Positions 60,175 through 64,000 of a stretch of 64,000 bases of DNA are shown in pieces. Position 1 is the first letter of the stretch; every line of letters starts with the position of its first letter. The notes below the pieces were generated by a model, which had not been told where the DNA came from, searched no databases, and saw only the letters and a list, made by a program, of their open reading frames with translations. The translations under genes and the position numbers were made by a program. The DNA comes from a bacterium (GTDB taxonomy: Bacteria > Patescibacteriota > Patescibacteriia > JBDRHN01), in assembly GCA_043816765.1 (NCBI GenBank), contig JBDRHN010000023.1, positions 17,353 to 81,352 of the forward strand. Direction: 5' to 3'.

Positions 60175-62072
60175 ACTTGTATAATCACCGGCAACACCAT
60201 CGGGCGACGTTTTGTTTTTGAGAACAGGAATTGCCCGATGTCGTTTCTTATTTTATCTTTTGTGTATGCTTCAAAAGTCGGGGATTTTTTATCGCTGTCT
60301 TGAAGAATTTTTTTCGCTTTTTTTCTGGTCTGTTCTATCAGCTCTTTGCTCTCTTTCATATAAACAAACCCGCGGGAAATGATGTCGGGGTTGCCGACTA
60401 ATTCCCCTGTTTTATGCCGCAATGTGGCGATAATAACAACCATTCCGTCTTCCGACATCATTCGTCGGTCTCGCAGAACGATATTAGAAACATCGCCGAC
60501 GCCAAGTCCGTCAACCATCACATAATCGGTCGGCACTTTTTTATTTGTCAATTTTCCGATCGTTTCATCGCCCTGTTTATAAAATTCCATTATCTGCCCA
60601 TTGTCCGCAACCATAATATTGGAACGCGGGATGCCAATGCTGTGGGCGTGATCGGCGTGAATGCGCAACATATAGTGATACGCCTCTATCGGAATAAAAT
60701 ATTTAGGCTTTATCAAATTTATCATCAATTTTGCATCTTCTGCCTTTGCGTGTCCTCCCGCGTGAACGTCCATCATTTGATAATTTATAACTTTCGCCCC
60801 CTTGCGATAAAAAGTATCGTTTAACGCCTGAATTGTTCTTTCATTGCCGGGAATTACTGAAGATGAAAAAACGACTAGGTCGCTGGGGGCTACTGCTAAA
60901 AATCTATGGTCGCCGGATGCGAAACGGGTTAAAAACGCGTTCTGCTGTCCTTGCGCTCCTGTTCCCACGACAACAACTTTGTTGTCCGGCAAGCTTTTAA
61001 CTTCTTCATAACTATTGATTAGAGTATTTGGTCTGAATTTTAAATAGCCAAGTTTGTGAGCGATTTCTACATTGTCTTTCATGCTGCGGCCTTCCAGTAA
61101 AATCCTGCGGCCATGTTTTTCCGCAATATCAACAATCAGTTGAATTCTGGAAATCATGCTCGCAAATGTGCCGATTATAATTCTCCCTTCGGCCATTTCA
61201 AATATTTTATCAATATCAATACCAATGTCTTTTTCTGAAAGCTGGTGTCCCGGGTGTTCGGCGTTTGTGCTGTCAGACATTAAAGCTAATACGCCGCTGG
61301 ATCCATACTGCGCTATTTTTGAAAGATCAGCCGGAGTGTCATTGACAGGAGTATGATCAAATTTATAATCGCCGGTGTGAATAATTTGCCCCACTGGGGT
61401 TTTAATCGCCAGCCCAAAACTGTCGGGGATGCTGTGATTAATTTTGAAAAATTCCACCTGAAAACTATTTCCCATGCGCGCGCGATAGCCGTCTAAAACT
61501 ATTTGGATATTTAATTTCGGCGCGTCGCGGTATTCTTCCTGACGTTTATTCATGAGTCCTGCGGATAATCTGCCGGCATACATAAGCGGGTTGCCGAGTT
61601 TTGGCATCAGGTGCGGCACGGCGCCGATGTGATCCATATGTCCATGGGTAATAATCACACCTTTGATATTTTTTTCTTTTCCTTTTAGGTAACTAATATT
61701 AGGAATTACATAATCAATTCCAGGCATATCTTCATCCGGAAACTGCATCCCCATGTCAATGATAATTATATCGTCATTGAATTCCATGACTGTCATATTG
61801 CGTCCGACTTCTTCCAGTCCGCCTAAAACTATTACTTTTAATCTGTTTCTCGCGTCATTTTCAACATGACTGCTAAATTGTTCTATGTCTTGTCTTGATT
61901 CAACTTTTTGATCAACATGCGGTCGGCGATTTATAATATTAAATTTCCTCCGATCACCAGTTCCCCTTTTCACGTCAACCGCGGCGGATGCTTGATCTGC
62001 TGTTTTTCTTTCTGTTTTTGTTTTGGACAAATTTGGCAAAACTTTTCTTGCCCATGTTGTTTTTGTTTCCAT
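60171..62072 (-). CDS. rnj: ribonuclease J
   Basis: metallo-beta-lactamase HGHMDHIG, beta-CASP region, ~630 aa. Confidence 0.9.
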   Translation of the reverse strand: METKTTWARKVLPNLSKTKTERKTADQASAAVDVKRGTGDRRKFNIINRRPHVDQKVESRQDIEQFSSHVENDARNRLKVIVLGGLEEVGRNMTVMEFNDDIIIIDMGMQFPDEDMPGIDYVIPNISYLKGKEKNIKGVIITHGHMDHIGAVPHLMPKLGNPLMYAGRLSAGLMNKRQEEYRDAPKLNIQIVLDGYRARMGNSFQVEFFKINHSIPDSFGLAIKTPVGQIIHTGDYKFDHTPVNDTPADLSKIAQYGSSGVLALMSDSTNAEHPGHQLSEKDIGIDIDKIFEMAEGRIIIGTFASMISRIQLIVDIAEKHGRRILLEGRSMKDNVEIAHKLGYLKFRPNTLINSYEEVKSLPDNKVVVVGTGAQGQQNAFLTRFASGDHRFLAVAPSDLVVFSSSVIPGNERTIQALNDTFYRKGAKVINYQMMDVHAGGHAKAEDAKLMINLIKPKYFIPIEAYHYMLRIHADHAHSIGIPRSNIMVADNGQIMEFYKQGDETIGKLTNKKVPTDYVMVDGLGVGDVSNIVLRDRRMMSEDGMVVIIATLRHKTGELVGNPDIISRGFVYMKESKELIEQTRKKAKKILQDSDKKSPTFEAYTKDKIRNDIGQFLFSKTKRRPMVLPVIIQV

Positions 62073-62287
62073 AATTTTGTAATGCTAAAAATAGACAATT
62101 TGCGGAAAAAAATATTTCGCGCGTTCCCCCTCCCGCAGATGGGGCTATGGAGATGGTTTTGGTTGTCGTGTAATTAACAAGAGTTCTTTTTTTCCCGTCC
62201 GCAAGTTTGCGGAATGGATTAATTGTTATTTAAGTTGTTAAAATTTATTTTGAGGTAATTGGGATTAAATATATTCAGTGCCAAATG

Positions 62288-62410
62288 CAGACTATCTAAA
62301 AATCATATCTGTGTTAATCTTCGCTTTAGTCTGTGTTCATCTGTGTCCTATTTTCAATCAACCCAAGCTAAAAAATAATTAGACGCAGATTAACACTGAC
62401 CCTTCGGGCG
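62288..62410 (-). repeat. CAGATAAACACAG-family repeat, copy 4 (rearranged, inverted)
   Basis: ATCTGTGTTAATCTTCGCTTTAGTCTGTGTTCATCTGTG ... AGACGCAGATTAACACTGACCCTTCGGGCG. Confidence 0.7.
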
Positions 62411-62818
62411 CTGAAAAACACAGATTTTAGATAAAAACTTTTTTAATTCAGGAACAATATCATCTATGTTCTCGTATTCAATCACAATATCGGTAATACC
62501 TTTTGCGGTATCTTTCAATAAAACTCCGCGCTTCACAAGAACTATTATTTTTTTATTCATTGCATAAGCAATTCCCGCTTCTATGGCGCGCCCTGTTGAC
62601 TTATGCGTGAGATCAATCAATAGCGCGTCGCATGATTTAATCTCCTGTTTTGTTATTGCCATCATTTCCAACGGATTATCAAAAAAATTTTGATAATTTT
62701 CTATATCACGAATAAAACAAAAATCATTAAATCCTGCTTGCTTTGCAATATTGCAAAGATGTTCTATCTCGGATTGGTTTTCACCGTGCTTAAAAGTGGC
62801 TGTAATAAATAACTTCAT
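62390..62818 (-). CDS. nucleoside 2-deoxyribosyltransferase-like protein
   Basis: HKSTGRAIEAGIAYAMNKKIIVL resembles the NDT-family active-site region; C-terminus overlaps the repeat. Confidence 0.5.
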   Translation of the reverse strand: MKLFITATFKHGENQSEIEHLCNIAKQAGFNDFCFIRDIENYQNFFDNPLEMMAITKQEIKSCDALLIDLTHKSTGRAIEAGIAYAMNKKIIVLVKRGVLLKDTAKGITDIVIEYENIDDIVPELKKFLSKICVFQRPKGQC

Positions 62819-62860
62819 CGTGTTTCCAAATGTTAATAAAATAACCTAACGACGCATTTT

Positions 62861-62888
62861 GTAGAGACGCATTGCAATGCGTCTCTAC
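62861..62888. repeat. family A variant palindrome (GTAGAGACGCATTGCAATGCGTCTCTAC)
   Basis: perfect 14-bp arms with altered core. Confidence 0.75.
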
Positions 62889-62942
62889 ATTGGACGCTCG
62901 GTTTTCACGAACCGTTCAATGTTAAAATTCCTTTGCAACAAA

Positions 62943-64000
62943 TTATCTATAAATCATCTGCCCCCTGTTCATTCCAACTCCGATAAAATTGATCGGCGTT
63001 CCGAGCAGGTCTTCCAGTTTTAAAATATAATTTTGAGCGTTTAATGGCAGGTCGCTAAAATTTTTAGCATTAGTAATATCGTCATTCCAACCCGGCATTT
63101 CTATGTATTCAACTTCAACTTTTCCAAAATCTTTAAGAGACGCAGGGACAAATTGTATCGGCTCGCCGTTTAGTTTGTAACCTGTTCCGATTTTTATTGT
63201 TTCAAATCCTGTTAAAACATCCAGCTTTGTTAAATTCAAGCTATTGATTCCGTTAATCGCGATGGCATTTTTAACTAAAACAGTATCAAACCATCCGCAA
63301 CGACGCGGTCTTCCTGTTGTCGCGCCAAATTCTCCGCCGGCTTTTCGCAATTCTTCTCCGGTTTCGTCAATCAATTCTGTTGGAAACGGTCCCTCTCCTA
63401 CTCTGGTTGTGTATGCTTTTACTATTCCTACAATGGAATTAATTTTGTTTGGCGGAAAACCAAGTCCGCTTGAGGCTCCCGCGCTTGTTGTATTTGAAGA
63501 TGTTACAAAAGGGTAAGTTCCGATATCAATATCAAGATGCGTTCCTTGCGCGCCTTCAATTAAAATTGTTTTTTTATTGTTATATTCATTATATAAATAC
63601 TCTGTTGTATTTGTGATATAATCTTTAATTTTTTTAATCGCTTCGCGGTGGGTTTCAATCTCTTTTTCAACATCAAAAGAAAATCCGTAAGTTTTGATAT
63701 GCTTTTCGGCGTTGCTTTTTAATTTTTTAAAAAATTCTTCAAAATCTAATAGGTCGCCCACCCTCAAACCTATTCGGTTTATTTTGTCCGCGTAAGCGGG
63801 TCCGATGCCGCGTTTTGTTGTTCCGACTTTTGCGTCGGCTTTTGAATATTCTTGAATCCCGTCAATTATTTTATGATATTCAAAAATCAGGTGCGCGCGG
63901 TCGCTTATTTTCAGTTTATCCGCAATTTCAATCCCCTGCTTTTTAAGGCTTTCAATCTCTTCAAGCAATGTTGGAAGATGTATAACCGTGCCGTTTCCGA
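62943..64000 (-). CDS. purA: adenylosuccinate synthetase, partial (N-terminus beyond window end)
   Basis: GNGTVIHLPTLLEEIE..., TTKRGIGPAYADK, GTTGRPRRCGW motifs. Confidence 0.9.
   Translation of the reverse strand, partial: GNGTVIHLPTLLEEIESLKKQGIEIADKLKISDRAHLIFEYHKIIDGIQEYSKADAKVGTTKRGIGPAYADKINRIGLRVGDLLDFEEFFKKLKSNAEKHIKTYGFSFDVEKEIETHREAIKKIKDYITNTTEYLYNEYNNKKTILIEGAQGTHLDIDIGTYPFVTSSNTTSAGASSGLGFPPNKINSIVGIVKAYTTRVGEGPFPTELIDETGEELRKAGGEFGATTGRPRRCGWFDTVLVKNAIAINGINSLNLTKLDVLTGFETIKIGTGYKLNGEPIQFVPASLKDFGKVEVEYIEMPGWNDDITNAKNFSDLPLNAQNYILKLEDLLGTPINFIGVGMNRGQMIYR

Overview
AT-rich bacterial window, most likely from a small-genome CPR/Patescibacteria-type organism (inferred from gene content, ribosomal-protein extensions and few Shine-Dalgarno sites). 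Backbone on the minus strand at 1-9100: S10-spc ribosomal operon (rpsJ through rpsN/rpsH) plus tuf. Other core genes: minor-pilin cluster, metK, groES/groEL with a CIRCE operator, ftsH, two tandem archaeal-type purP paralogs, a short Rel, class A PBP, efp, rpsF-ssb-rpsR, khpA-like, trpB/trpA, tsaE, RNase J, partial purA and two tRNAs (Met-CAU; an unusual Ile-UAU). Accessory content is dense. (1) At least six families of GC-rich palindromic elements, several inserted in frame into conserved CDSs (three in one THUMP methyltransferase), as with Rickettsia RPEs. (2) A 29-bp palindrome GTAGAGACGAGGCACTGCCTCGTCTCTAC at eight loci. (3) A ~100-bp repeat family flanking a GxxExxY (PD-(D/E)xK-like) gene wedged between trpB and trpA. 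(4) MITE-like elements with TGTCATTCC termini. (5) A split RPH/PEPS-like phosphotransferase locus (one PPDK_N ATP-grasp and two paralogous swivel-domain proteins) interleaved with COG1373 AAA+ ATPases. (6) A cluster of a 7TM membrane protein, an ATP-grasp fused to a DUF1704/MATCAP-like peptidase domain, and a second ATP-grasp. (7) AbiEi/AbiEii and HTH-Panacea/RelE-like toxin-antitoxin pairs, the latter in a tRNA-adjacent islet with RhuM. (8) Two paralogous tiny hydrophobic peptide genes with consensus SD and two orphan promoter-terminator sRNA candidates. No rRNA or CRISPR array seen.
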